From contig NW_026889805.1 in assembly GCF_033153115.1 (NCBI RefSeq), forward strand, positions 8,246,001 to 8,310,000: a stretch of 64,000 bases of DNA, read 5' to 3'. The notes under the pieces were generated by a model. It was not told the DNA's origin. It worked only from the letters and a program-made list of their open reading frames with translations, and did not search any database. This DNA is from Saccostrea echinata. Its lineage: Eukaryota. Every line of letters begins with the position of its first letter. Position 1 is the first letter of the stretch. The position numbers and the translations under genes are program-made. Below are positions 53,301 through 62,762 of the stretch, one piece after another.

Positions 53301-56300
53301 ATACACATAGATTTTTTTGACACCCACAAAAATGTGTGGAGATTTATTAATTTAACATAGCTAATGGTCAGTGAAGTTTTTTTTAACACTATGAAAGGAT
53401 GACTCTAACCCAGTATCATAAGTAAGGCTGTTTCTTTTGGGTTGTTTTTATTTGACATTTTAATCACTGAAGGTTGTAACTGCTGTGTACTGTTGATATC
53501 AACACTGTGTGAGATTCTCTTGTACTATTGGCTTGTACTTGTGATCAGTCATTTGTGGTTTGAGGTGTGATTTTGACTCCCACAGTCTCAGGGAGAGGTA
53601 TTTCCCTTACAGTGTCTCTCACAACAAGCTCATCACTCGAGTTACCTAGGCCCCCAGGCTAGCACTGCTGTAGTAGAATGTGAAATAACTTGTCATCTTT
53701 GATGAGTTTGGTGTTGACATTAAACTGATACACAACTGGCCACTGCTGTAGTACCGTACAGCTTAGCTGGACAATTGTCCCTCGTCATCAGACGGCATTC
53801 AGGGCCCGGCCCCAGGAAATGCCTGATTGACGTGCATAACTTGTTTTTGTGCAAAAAATCATGAAAAATGTTACTGCCCTCAAATGGCTGTTTTCCCGTT
53901 CTTAAAATGTTTGTCAAGTGTCTTAAAGTGTCCTCTCCTATGTGTTTGCCTTTCATTTCTATTGTGCAGTTGTTAACAAATGTTGTGCAACCAACATTTA
54001 GTAAATGTTTACTGTTTATAGGTACAAAATTTGTTGAAATGTGAGAATATTTATTTTATGTTATATATAAAATTACTAAAGCTTTTTTCAATTTTTTTTT
54101 CCAGTTCTGGTGGAATTACTAAAAATTCCTTGTACCAAAATGTTGGGTATCGTCCACCTCCACCAGTGCCCCCTGGTGGGGAGGAGGATCAGCCACCCGC
54201 ACTGCCACCTAGGAATTACAGGAGATTCTCAGCAAGCCAATCAGATTCTCTCTTACATCCCAGACCAATTCCTCAACCTTTGTCTAAAGACAGGACATCC
54301 TTTGGATATGATGGCCATTCCAGCGAGTCTCGAGGGAAATGGGACGATGATAACTATGCTGAACAGCTCCGTAAACAGTCAAGACGTCTTTCAGAACAAC
54401 AGCATATGCCTCAGCCAATGATTTACAAAACCACCAAGACATCCATCCAATTCACACAGTCCTACAAACAACAGCATGTGGAGGCTTTGGAAGCCACCTC
54501 TCCGGGTGGCTCCACTTCTTCATCAGACCATTTCTTCTCATCACGTCGCATGTCTGGAGGACACCAGCCCTCCTCACCTAACAGTGCTCCTAGTGTTCCT
54601 CCATTGCCCTCATCAAAATACATGTCATCCTCATCCAGTCCTCAAATCTCACCAAAAGGTGAGGGCTTGTCTAGGTCAGAGCATTATCCAGAGACCAAAC
54701 CATACCATTCTCCAGAGACTAAGGAGAGGCTCAGGGTCGATATTTCTGCAACCAGTCAGAGCTGGCACAGTCGCTCGTCCCCATACAGCCCTGATCCTCC
54801 TCCCCCACCCACTCCACAGAAAGAGGTCAATGTGGAGATGGAGCTGCCCCCTCCCCCTCCAGAACTAGTGGAGAACTCCACAGAACACAAAGATGATAAA
54901 TTAAGGTGAGTTTTTACACTTATTTAACCAAAGAGTTTACAATGGTGCTTTGGGATTAACCAAGACTGATAAAATAAATTGATTCTGCTATTCAGGAAGT
55001 AAAGAAGTTAGGCTAGGATTTTAGGTCTTTAATGTGATTTCTGTTTTAAATGCTTTAATGATAGGCATTAACAAATAAGTTTGAACCTCTTGATAAAGAG
55101 GAAAAAGGTAAGAATGTTAATATGATGAGAAGACTTAGCATTGTCATGTCAGAGGTGTGTTAAGCTGATGAAGCTATTTTTAATTTCACTTAAAGCCAGG
55201 CGCCAGACAAGGACTACGCAGTACAGTAGGATTCATGATCATGTAAAATTCAGTAGTTATAGGGTACATGCTCTAGTAGTCTGTATGAAGATTTATATGT
55301 ATGAATCAATACGCACATAGGATATGGACTGATATACTCAGTACTTTATATGTGAAGTTAGCAACTGCATCCATACAATTAAGATTTCAAATACAGAGGA
55401 TGAACACATGCTTTTTAAAGAAAATACTATAATAAAAAAGGTCTTTAGGATCCTCTTTATCTTTTGAAAAAAAGGGTTTTTTTTTTAAAAAAAAAAAAAA
55501 GAGAGCAATACCATATGCCTTAAACTCCATCCTGCCACTTATTAGACTCCAATGAAGCATAAGGCATTTGTGTTTTACAGCAATTGTCTTCTGATGATGT
55601 TTATACATGATAATGTGATGCTGGTGCCTAGCCTCGGTTTCTTAATGATACTTTTTTGTATTGCAAAAGTTAATCATGTTCATCCCAAACTCTCCTAAGA
55701 GTACCTGACATAAAAAAGAAAATAACTTTAGATAGATGTTACCCATGTGCCTTGGTCAGAGAGGAAAATTTAATTGCTTTCCCTTAATGTATCAACCGTT
55801 CTAGGTTCCTCTGATAATAACCACAAAACTTAGATGGCAAAATAGATAATGCAGGGCCAGGAGTTTTGTCTGGGAGAGGAGCTATGTCTACAGTTGTTTT
55901 ACAATGCTGAAGTGTCTGAATCTTGTCATATTAGATTGCTACTTTGGACATGATGCAAGGTGAAGAGGGGCCGTGCGGTAGAGTTATACACCGCATGTGC
56001 TGTCGATAAATTTGACAAAGACTTTCTGCATTGAACACAGCTGCCCTTTGTTTTGTTTTTTGGCAAGGATGTAGTTTTTTTTTAGTTGTGATAAAGGACA
56101 GGTGTACGAGCTACATGTTGAGAGAATAAAACATCATGGTTACCACACCAGAAGTAATATATAGACTAGTATTTATAATGTTTCTTGTGTTTGGGGAGCC
56201 TAACTTAGAGAGCGTCTTCTGGTAGTGTTCCTGACATTCCAAAGGACAGAGGGGTATGGCTAATTACCCCTTTTAATTAGGACAGAGTGATCTTCTAAAG

Positions 56301-59300
56301 AATTTTCTTCATAGGAAAGTCATGTAAGCTAATCAGTTTGGATGAAACATTTAACACATGTTCCTAGGGCATCTTACCATACTGTGTGGAAATAAACGAG
56401 TCAACTTCTCTTACATTTATCTGGAACATTTTATGATTCATTCAAAAACTTGCATAAAGCTATTATCAAGAAGTGCTAGCCATCTGCATGACTGGAGAAG
56501 AAGCTATTTCCATGGATTTTACACAGTGAAGTTTTTAAAAGACCTTTGAAGATCATTTAGCAATTAATCGGAGGATGTCAGGTCAATTTCTCCTGGTGAG
56601 AGTGTCGGATCATTAATTCTAGGCTTTTATAAGGAATATATATCTCTTTTTGGCTGTGTGTCTCAAGCATACATTGAGAGGAAGAGTTCATTTATCAAGG
56701 ACAAGTTAGATGTGTGTCAATTTGTCTTTTTCTGTGTGAGTAGCAGTTTTTTTTTTTGTTTTGGTTTTTTTTTTTTTCGATTACTGTGATGTTAGTAAGA
56801 GACCTACAGTAACTGCTGTATTATGCCAAGTTTGGGATGATAGAAACATTAAAAGTCCAGGAAATGTCCACCTTAACTGTGTTAATGTGACTAAAATTAG
56901 TGGCTGTGGTAGAAGTTTGGTATCCATGGGAGATTTTTATGAGCTGTTTATGGACTTGATCACTGAATCATTACTGGATCTCCCCCTGGGTAACTTTGGT
57001 ATGTGTGTTTATGTAGAGGTCACAGGTCACAAACTGACTGTGTTAAACGCACCCCTGGGAAGCCATGTAAAGAAGAATGACCAACAAAATAGTGAGGGAA
57101 TGGAATCTCTTTTAGAATTTCCCATTGCAGAACATATGGATTATTAGGGAGATAAGGGGATTAAAGGAGTTCTATACATGATACTGTGTGTGAATTGCAT
57201 TCACTAATGACAGTGAAGGCTGAGTATTATGCCTGTTGATTTTATATATCGCTGTGTTCTATATGTTGATGATCATTTGAGAGTTAGGTAAAATCCTAGT
57301 TATGTACAGATACCAGCGGTGGGGATTCAAGTAAGTGAAATCCATTATCAGGAGAAATTTCCCATACATTTAAAGCATTTTTGACACTTACATAATTACA
57401 GATGACTGCACAAAGAATTTTTAATGCTGTAAGAAAGTTTGTTTTCTTTTAAATCTCTCTTGGAAATATTTAACTTTTAGGTAGCAGAAACTGTTCATTA
57501 TGTAATTGCATTAAATTTAGCCCTCTAGGCTGTTAAATAAAAAAAAATTAAAAAAAAAAAAAAACAAACAAAAAACAAAAATGTGTAAATGTCATATTTA
57601 CTTTATCTTAGCATCTCTGTTAGGAAACATTTAGATAGCTTCTAGCCAGTGAATGTTAGGATTTTTCACACCTGCCATTAGGTGGTGGATATGGAGTATT
57701 GCACATAACTGTCACTTTTAATACATGCAGTTGCACTAAATCAGACAGTAGACTGCTATTTCTGGTGATTAACCTGGTGAACGTGTATTTGTTTACAACT
57801 GATATAGTGATGGATGATGGGAATTTTGATTCATACTGATATATGTTTATATCAACCTGAATTGAGATCCTATAGTCAGTGACAAATGCATGATGAGCGG
57901 TGAAGCATTACCTAATTGTGTGAATTTATATTCCAGATATGCAGAAGATTCCTTCGCATCATACAAGAGTCGAAATGATCGGCAGCCAGGAGTGTACAAA
58001 AGATCAGCTTCCTCTGGAGATGCTCTAAAACTTTTACATGAAAATAACAACTACAAGCAGCAAGGGGATATTCAAAAACCTCCTAGAAAAAGACTACAAC
58101 CCTGGAAGAGTGAGCAGACGGTCAATCAGGGTGATCAGATTCCGGAGCAGACGGAGGTTCCTTATAAAGACCCTGTCCTATCTGAACGACCACCGAGACC
58201 GTTAGTCTCCTCCCACAGTTCTAGTCATTTACTGGCACCCAAACCTTACACTGCTCCAGAATCGAACAGAAGTAATAGTTTCAATGTGACATCTTCTGAT
58301 CAAGACTCTGTGACTGGTCATCCCTCCGAGAGACAGTCTGTCCAAGATAGAATTTCATCCATTGAAAGGAAACAGAGTCTATCCAGGGAGAGACCTGAAA
58401 TTAGACAAGTAACACCTCAAGGTCCCTCTCACAAGAGGCAGTTGGAAAACCTGTCAAAGTCATTCACATCAACACCTCCTAGGAAGGCATTTGAAACAGA
58501 CAAATTCAGTGCAAGTGTGAGTGAAAATCTGTTGGGACAAAAGTCTAGTGTAAAATCTCCAGATTCTAGTACTCCTAGCAGGAGGACCTACTCTCCGGAC
58601 CAAAGTGCTTCTGTTTCTACCAGTGATGCAGGCCCACCACCAGTGGACAGGAGTCCCGGGAGTGGGTACCCAGGGGGGCGCAAAATGAAAAATAAGGAAT
58701 CTAATGGGCAGAGTGCAAATGACTCCAATAGCTCCAATACCAAAATGTCTTTCAATGATTCCATTAGGCAATCTCCAAGCCAGTCCAATTCAAAAGAAAC
58801 ATCTAGTCCTCCAAAAAAGAACAGTGATAGTGACTTGGTACACCATAGTAGGCAGCGCTCTCAAGAAGAATTAGAGTGTGATGCCAAAGTGAAGGAATTT
58901 GCCCAGATTTATGAAGACAAGGATCCCAAACTGTCCAGCATGCTGAAGAATGACAGTGGTAGAATGCAGTACATGGATGGACTTTTTCAGACTGAGATTG
59001 ATCATGATTTACTTGCTCGGCGATCTCCAAAAACTTCCCCCAAGTCTTCCAGTGTGGGTAAAGATCAAGAGGCACTGAGGAGTGTAACACCTAGCAAGGA
59101 AGAGAAAACAGAAGAGTAAGTTGAATACTTGAGGAAATTTATTTGTAATTTAAATTTGTCTTTTTTTCTTAAACAAATCTAGAAATACACTCTGTAAAGC
59201 ATGCAAGTTCCTGTTTGAAATATAAGTGAAGTATATATACGTTTTCAAAGAAATGAGTTGGCATTTAGTATATGATATAATTGAATAATTTTCAATTGTA

Positions 59301-61157
59301 TAATTACATATTTTTCCTGAACACAACATGTACTAGTATTAGACAAGTTTAGAAAATCGTGTATAATATCACAATTTCCTATTCAAAACTATTTGCTAAT
59401 TTATTGCTATGTACTAGTCCTGAGAATAAACAAGCAAATTTCCGAGTATAATCGATGATGAAGATCAATGAATGGATTGAAATATTATTAGCTATTCGTG
59501 AAATCCTTAATGACTGTGAAGTGTAGGATATTATGTTGTAATAGTCCTGTAAAACCAGGATAATTGGACAGCTCACTCATCTGGCATGTGATAATCCTAA
59601 CACAAGCACTGTAGTTTAAATAGTGGTCATTGTGGCCAGTAACTGTGCTGGTATGGTCAAATAGAAACTCAACATGGAAGCTGAGCAGTTAAGGTACAAA
59701 AGATATAATAATAGGATCAATCTTCAGGTAAATGTTACAGGTTAGAGTCAGGTGCGAGTTCTGATTCATTGTTTTTTTTTTTTTTTTTAGGGAGAAGTCA
59801 CCTTTACCCCCTAACTACTGGGTATCCCCATCCAAAGCCCTCATTGAGATGAATATCCGCCAAAGTGAGGGCATCGGGCGAGACATGACCAAAGACATTG
59901 ATGATTCAGACAAGTTAATCAAAACAAAGGTCAGTTAAATTTATGAATTATATTTATTGTCCATGCAAAAATGAATAGAAAAAAATGAAAATATAACAAA
60001 GTATCTGAGGTATGAGTACATTTTGTGTTTTTCAGGAGGAGCTTGTTGAAAGCATACAGAAGAAGATGGACAAACTTAAAGAAGAAAAGGAAGAAGTAAC
60101 AAAAGAGTTGGAGGAAACAGAATCCCTGGGGAAAGAGGTACTACTCCATTGAAGTTACTGTTTAGGTCCTGAGATAAGGGGTTATTTTTTTACCATAGAA
60201 AGGTTACTTGCATTATATGAGGGTTACACTTGTATATCTGTATACTGGAGTACATTATACAATTATTGACTTGATAATGTCTACTCTTGACTATACAGAC
60301 CTGGTCAGAAATTAGTTTACTAAGGCTGAAAACTGAGAACTCTGATCATTTGATAAACCTCTATGTTGGGGTTACACAATACTTGTATTACGTGAAAGTA
60401 GATTGAGGGATGCATATCTGTAAACAGCCTGGGTCATGTAGCTAGGTTTGAATTATTGGTCTCTTAAGCCTGCTTCCTTCCTTGAAAACTTTATTTAATT
60501 ATTTAATTTTATTTATTAGGAAATTCCCATTCTTTATCTGCAGTTTATAATCATATTGATCTTTTTTAATTGAAATAATTTGAATTGCTATTTTAGGTCC
60601 AGAAAGCTGTTGATAAGAATTGCAAAACACAACACGAGAAGGACAAGTTTAAGACGTACATTGGTGACATGGAGAAAATTATACTCCTTTTGCTGAAAGT
60701 CTCAGGTTTATTGGCACGAGCAGAGAATTCCCTCCAAAGTCTACCCAAGGACACCAATGAACGCCTTAAAGTAAGGGGAATAACTCATAAATTTTCAACA
60801 GTTGTTCTTCATTAAAATCATCATATATTGGAATAGATGAAAGCTTTTAAAGAGTTAAATTGTATGAAAATTTTTTTAAAAATTGTTTCCTTTTAGAAAA
60901 TGGCTGTTGATAAGAGGGACAGAGCAAAGCAGCAACATGAAGATGCCAAGGTTTTAAAGGCTGACATAGAAAAGCGTAGTGAACAAATCGAGGTCTTCCT
61001 TCAGGAGGCACTTAGTGAAGAGGAGTTTGCCGACTACAAGTATTACGTCAAAATGAAATCAAAACTGACAATTGAAAAACAAGAGCTTGTGGATAAAATA
61101 GCTCTCGGTGAGGAACAAATAGCAGCTCTTAAAATGAGCATTCCAGAGAAACACTGA
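1928..61157 (+). CDS. shroom: Shroom family protein (PDZ ... ASD2), multi-exon, 5'-partial. Join 1928-2070, 25831-26016, 42247-42652, 42901-46194, 46723-46775, 54105-54905, 57937-59115, 59791-59929, 60036-60137, 60597-60770, 60897-61157
   Basis: All junctions are GT-AG with matching phases. Summed length is 6738 nt = 2246 codons including the stop. There is a PDZ half-domain at the 5' end, a PPAPPVRD motif, and clear ASD2 sequence (IGDMEKIILLLLKVSGLLARAEN ... HEDAKVLK ... DYKYYVKMKSKLTIEKQELVDKIALGEEQ). Confidence 0.9.
5145..5432 (-). mobile_element. tRNA-derived SINE, Deu/Nin-domain type (diverged copy)
   Basis: Reverse complement of the element at 10668-10960. T-rich tail on the + strand; TSD-like ttatggaaa at 5136-5144 and 5434-5442. 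Confidence 0.85.
6484..6602 (+). CDS. shroom: Candidate alternative first coding exon of shroom (MERGAKPARILLSPPPLKVNYDQLPVSPRTRASWSGKADR)
   Basis: ATG in aaaATGG context, GC-richer coding-like composition, perfect AG|gtaagt donor. Phase 2 matches the acceptor at 25831. Confidence 0.7.
6774..7657 (+). mobile_element. Non-autonomous Helentron-associated (HINE/CvA-like) element with ~146-bp tandem units, family A
   Basis: Starts ttatgccccgcc...ggccgggcat, then a (ctgt/gtcc) microsatellite and tandem units containing tgaccttgacc. Ends ggcattcaggtcctatggacatatttgtagtt. Same family as 15991-17292. Confidence 0.8.
10341..11388 (+). mobile_element. HINE/Helentron-like element with ~147-bp tandem units, family C (nested)
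   Basis: 5' ttttagctcacttcaac matched by 3' subterminal gttgaggtgagct, plus a cgtcggcgtc microsatellite. Unit starts at 10487, 10634, 11085 and 11231 (spacing 147, 147+304, 146). Confidence 0.75.
10668..10960 (+). mobile_element. tRNA-derived SINE, Deu/Nin-domain type, full length with 11-bp TSD
   Basis: A box TGGCGCAGTGG and B box GGTTCGAATCCC. Core CCTTCGGATGAGAC..TAAACC.AGGTCCTGTGT...AAAGATCCC. Tail gggacgttaaacaacatacaaa. TSD catttccaagt at 10657-10667 and 10961-10971. Confidence 0.9.
11613..12432 (+). mobile_element. Internally deleted pogo/Tigger-like (Tc1/mariner superfamily) DNA transposon
   Basis: TA|cagtaaacttcttttataacgta ... tacgttataaaagatgtttactg|TA gives TIRs with a TA TSD. 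The remnant ORF 12021-12296 has an acidic patch and KQTNITDFL, like pogo-family C-termini. Confidence 0.8.
13110..13419 (+). mobile_element. TRIM (miniature LTR retrotransposon) with tRNA-like sequence inside both LTRs
   Basis: LTR1 13110-13238 and LTR2 13302-13419 both read TGTAATGGTTTGGG...CCTGTTACA. PBS-like TGGTGCC at 13244; purine tract AAGAAGAA before LTR2. A-box tagctcagtcggtagagca and B-box-like ggtttgattcc lie within the LTR. Confidence 0.8.
14170..14556 (+). mobile_element. Degenerate HINE-like remnant with two ~167-bp units
   Basis: (catc/ctgt) microsatellite-like head. cttatctgcaactcct...aaatttaat.agact.tcacagaat occurs at ~14266 and ~14433. Confidence 0.45.
15284..15598 (+). mobile_element. 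Truncated CvA/HINE-like element, family B
   Basis: Ends actcaggtga...cccatgggcctcttgtt, the same terminus as the minus-strand copy starting at 15732. Confidence 0.55.
15732..18341 (-). mobile_element. CvA/HINE-like Helentron-derived element, family B, interrupted by a family A copy
   Basis: Termini aacaagaggcccatgggccacaatgctcacctgag and cacttgagctttcaactcaggtgagcttaaa. (gaca)n microsatellite near 18265; internal repeats containing tttgaacaaatttgattctgcactacctgaggatg. Confidence 0.8.
15991..17292 (+). mobile_element. HINE/Helentron-like element family A with ~8 tandem units (mostly 145-146 bp), nested in family B
   Basis: tttatgccccgcc 5' end, 3' subterminal inverse ggcggggcat, and 3' palindrome atgtcttatggacat. 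T-rich insertion site. Confidence 0.85.
18549..18622 (+). CDS. Possible alternative first exon (MCLEGGTVCTLNHAITQHIKEGHHR)
   Basis: Open from ATG to a strong CAG|gtaagg donor in phase 2; no homology evidence. Confidence 0.3.
23531..23653. repeat. Degenerate 24-bp minisatellite, ~5 copies
   Basis: Units resembling gccttttggataccactgagtagg. Confidence 0.65.
24526..24783. repeat. 37-bp minisatellite, ~7 copies, with displaced copies at ~24923-25002
   Basis: gtttctgccttattgagaaagttgtctaccacactta repeated near-perfectly. Confidence 0.95.
25831..26016 (+). CDS. shroom: Shroom internal exon (GTSKLESSVKILRSSSFLHRSREVQERER...RRVESF), phase 2-2
   Basis: ttttatttcctcaaacag acceptor and CA|gtatgt donor. 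186 nt, open and frame-preserving between 2070 and 42247. Confidence 0.75.
28012..28191 (+). repeat. ~40-bp degenerate tandem repeat, 4-5 units
   Basis: Units resembling gacttctgatctggaagatactaaactttcaaatg, directly upstream of the ATG at 28218. Confidence 0.85.
28218..28336 (+). CDS. shroom: Candidate alternative first coding exon with N-myristoylation motif (MGLSASKQSNTECVIVESCSVLEEDKDCGVEDPSDSSHND)
   Basis: agaATGG start with an in-frame stop 9 nt upstream. GA|gtaagt donor in phase 2 matches the acceptor at 42247. M-G-x-x-x-S-K motif. Confidence 0.65.
29414..29496. repeat. (TA)n microsatellite
   Basis: About 40 uninterrupted TA units. Confidence 0.98.
32277..32311. repeat. (TA)n microsatellite
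   Basis: Uninterrupted AT dinucleotide run. Confidence 0.95.
35781..35821 (+). CDS. Possible alternative first exon (MQVNEEGRPGSPLS)
   Basis: gtgATG start and CAG|gtgagg donor in phase 2, compatible with the acceptor at 42247. Confidence 0.4.
38893..40682. mobile_element. Non-autonomous hAT-like DNA transposon
   Basis: 16-bp TIR caggggtgtgcaatta / taattgcacacccctg, with clustered subterminal (ac)tagccc motifs at both ends. The flanks share aataa, not a clean 8-bp TSD. Confidence 0.8.
39311..40353. mobile_element. TIR element nested in the hAT-like element
   Basis: agatagggtgagttaaccatgcatcggacac versus gtgtccgatgcatggtgaattcatcctatct (~31-bp imperfect TIR). Internal copies of tccgatgcatgg; CpG-rich. 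Confidence 0.8.
42247..42652 (+). CDS. shroom: Shroom exon, Ser/His-rich
   Basis: Poly-T cag acceptor (phase 2) and CAG|gtgagc donor (phase 0); lies within ORF 42221-42736. Confidence 0.9.
42901..46194 (+). CDS. shroom: Shroom giant exon (1098 codons), low-complexity S/P/R-rich middle region
   Basis: ttaatttcag acceptor and GAG|gtaggg donor. Contains PPAPPVRDVSS, similar to the PPxPPxRxDS motif of vertebrate Shrooms. Confidence 0.92.
46723..46775 (+). CDS. shroom: Shroom small exon (VRSVPVTDHNEEESTDQS)
   Basis: tttaacag acceptor and AG|gtaggt donor. It supplies the phase 0 to phase 2 change needed between 46194 and 54105. Confidence 0.8.
48982..49058 (+). CDS. Possible alternative first exon (MEYPCYLIRGDHGDLDTVVPRPRVWS)
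   Basis: gttATGG start and AG|gtaggt donor in phase 2, compatible with 54105. Confidence 0.35.
51297..51343 (+). CDS. Possible alternative first exon (MGLFKERRSYSFVHTS)
   Basis: caaATGG start and CAG|gtatgc donor in phase 2, compatible with 54105. Confidence 0.4.
54105..54905 (+). CDS. shroom: Shroom exon, proline-rich (PPPPVPP, PPALPPRNY, ELPPPPPE), phase 2-2
   Basis: Poly-T ccag acceptor and AG|gtgagt donor; 801 nt open. Confidence 0.92.
57302..57330 (+). CDS. Possible alternative first micro-exon (MYRYQRWGFK)
   Basis: ATG to AA|gtaagt donor in phase 2, compatible with the acceptor at 57937. Confidence 0.35.
57937..59115 (+). CDS. shroom: Shroom exon ending in the N-terminal part of ASD2 (SQEELECDAKVKEF...KDPKLSSML...YMDGLF), phase 2-2
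   Basis: ttccag acceptor and GA|gtaagt donor. The motif resembles the Shroom DKSLADIL...MEGLF segment. Confidence 0.92.
59791..59929 (+). CDS. shroom: Shroom ASD2 exon (EKSPLPPNYWVSPSKALIEMNIR...KLIKTK)
   Basis: Poly-T ag acceptor and AAG|gtcagt donor. YWVSPSKAL resembles the Shroom YYxTSAPKAEL motif. Confidence 0.92.
60036..60137 (+). CDS. shroom: Shroom ASD2 exon (EELVESIQKKMDKLKEEKEEVTKELEETESLGKE)
   Basis: tttttcag acceptor and GAG|gtac donor; 102-nt coiled-coil segment. Confidence 0.93.
60597..60770 (+). CDS. shroom: Shroom ASD2 exon (VQKAVDKNCKTQHEKDKFKTYIGDMEKIILLLLKVSGLLARAENSLQSLPKDTNERLK)
   Basis: ttttag acceptor and gtaagg donor. Aligns to the SD2 core [29 protein letters not shown]. 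Confidence 0.95.
60897..61157 (+). CDS. shroom: Shroom last coding exon, ASD2 C-terminus
   Basis: ttccttttag acceptor. HEDAKVLK...DYKYYVKMKSKLTIEKQELVDKIALGEEQIAALKMSI, then TGA. Confidence 0.95.
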   Translation, partial: KMAVDKRDRAKQQHEDAKVLKADIEKRSEQIEVFLQEALSEEEFADYKYYVKMKSKLTIEKQELVDKIALGEEQIAALKMSIPEKH

Positions 61158-62210
61158 TGGAGGTTAGTGTTCCCCATTTGACAAAGTGCTATATTTTTGT
61201 GTGATATATGACTGGCATATGCAGTACCGACAGTGATGGCTGCAGAATCAAAATGTGATTTCGTTGAGGACTGATTCCAGACTTTCGTAATGATAAAGTT
61301 GTGGCACCTTTGGAATCTCCTTAGGCATTGCTGGTCAATGAATTGTACATTGTGTGAATACAAAATTCATACAGCTTATCTGTATGAATTATTATACCTA
61401 GTGTACAGAAATGATCTCGCTGCGAGTTTCTCCATTATTGTAGATGATGCACAGTATGTTGAATAGCAAGTGATTGTAATATTGAACAAAGGTGTATAAC
61501 TGTGCACGTTTCTGTATAAGCTCCATTTGAGATGGATAAATATCTCTCCACATGCCACAAAAGGTACTGCAAAGCATTGTTAAGATGGTGCTGTCAAACA
61601 AAGCTCAAACTATAGAGACATAAACAGTGTAATTACCAGGAGTTTGTGATTGATTTGTTAATGTATAAGCTGTTAAGAACTTTATAGATGAGGGACAGAT
61701 GTGGGAATAAATCGTGATGTCCGAGTCTGTGTGTCTGTGTGAGAGTGTGCTATTTATTACATTTTTAGTTGATCACACATTTAATGTTCAAACTTGAAAT
61801 CATGCAACAATGTCATTTTATAAACTATATTGAAAGATAATGCAACACTTACAACCAAACAAAGATCATATCAATTAAAATCATTCCAAGGGGGACAACT
61901 CTAGGTCATTCCAGGTAAAAACACCCAGCAAAATACGCAAATGCACTACAAATCAGAGACCCGTATTTTTGGTACGTGTAGCAGCTTTTTAAGTGTAGTA
62001 AGTGAGCATTAAGTGTGTAGAGTTGACACAATATTTTGTTATATAAATGCAAGTATTATATATTTTATGATGAATGCAATTTACATCCATACATGCCGTT
62101 AAAATATGTTTCCATAGAAATAAAAATGGTGTGTGAAAAAGATCTATTTGTTATATTTTCAGCATCTTAAAAATTTGGGGTTTATTATATATACATGATT
62201 GTACATATTC

Positions 62211-62216
62211 AATAAA
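62211..62216 (+). terminator. Candidate polyadenylation signal for shroom (3' UTR ~1.05 kb)
   Basis: AATAAA preceded by TGTA motifs and followed by GT-containing sequence. Other AATAAA hexamers occur near 61706 and 62119. Confidence 0.45.
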
Positions 62217-62338
62217 ACGTTCCATGATGTTTGAAGAAGTGATCCACCAAAACAATGGAGCCAAATCCACCTTTGAAAAAAAAAATCTTTAAAAATGAAC
62301 AAGGAAATCTTTAATCAAAATAGAACATCTCAAGTCTT

Positions 62339-62575
62339 TTTATGCCCCCGGATCCAAAGATCCCGGGGGTATATTGTTTTTGTCCTGTCTGTCTGTTTGT
62401 CTGTTTGTCTATTTATCTGTTTGTCTGTTTGTCTGTTTGTCCGTTTGTCTGTCTGTCTGTTGTCAACTTTAACCTTGCCCATAACTTTTGGTTGGTTGGA
62501 GCTATGACTTTCATATTTCACATGTGTATTCCTTGTGACAAGACCTTTCTTTGGGTACCATCATATTTGACCTTT

Positions 62576-62606
<31 letters not shown>

Positions 62607-62731
62607 GCAAAATTTTATGAGACTTTAACCTTGGCCATAACTTCTGAACAGTTGGTGCTTGGGGTTTCAAACTTCACATGTGTATTCTTTGTGACAAGGC
62701 CTTCCTTTGGATACCAACAACTTTGACCTTT

Positions 62732-62762
<31 letters not shown>

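Noticed and set aside
43772-58788. Antisense and alternate-frame ORFs overlapping the large exons
   Set aside because: Expected shadow ORFs of GC-richer coding sequence; no recognisable domains or splice support.
62295-62578. ORFs with repetitive VCLS/QTD peptides
   Set aside because: Translations of the (gtct)n microsatellite in the HINE-like element.
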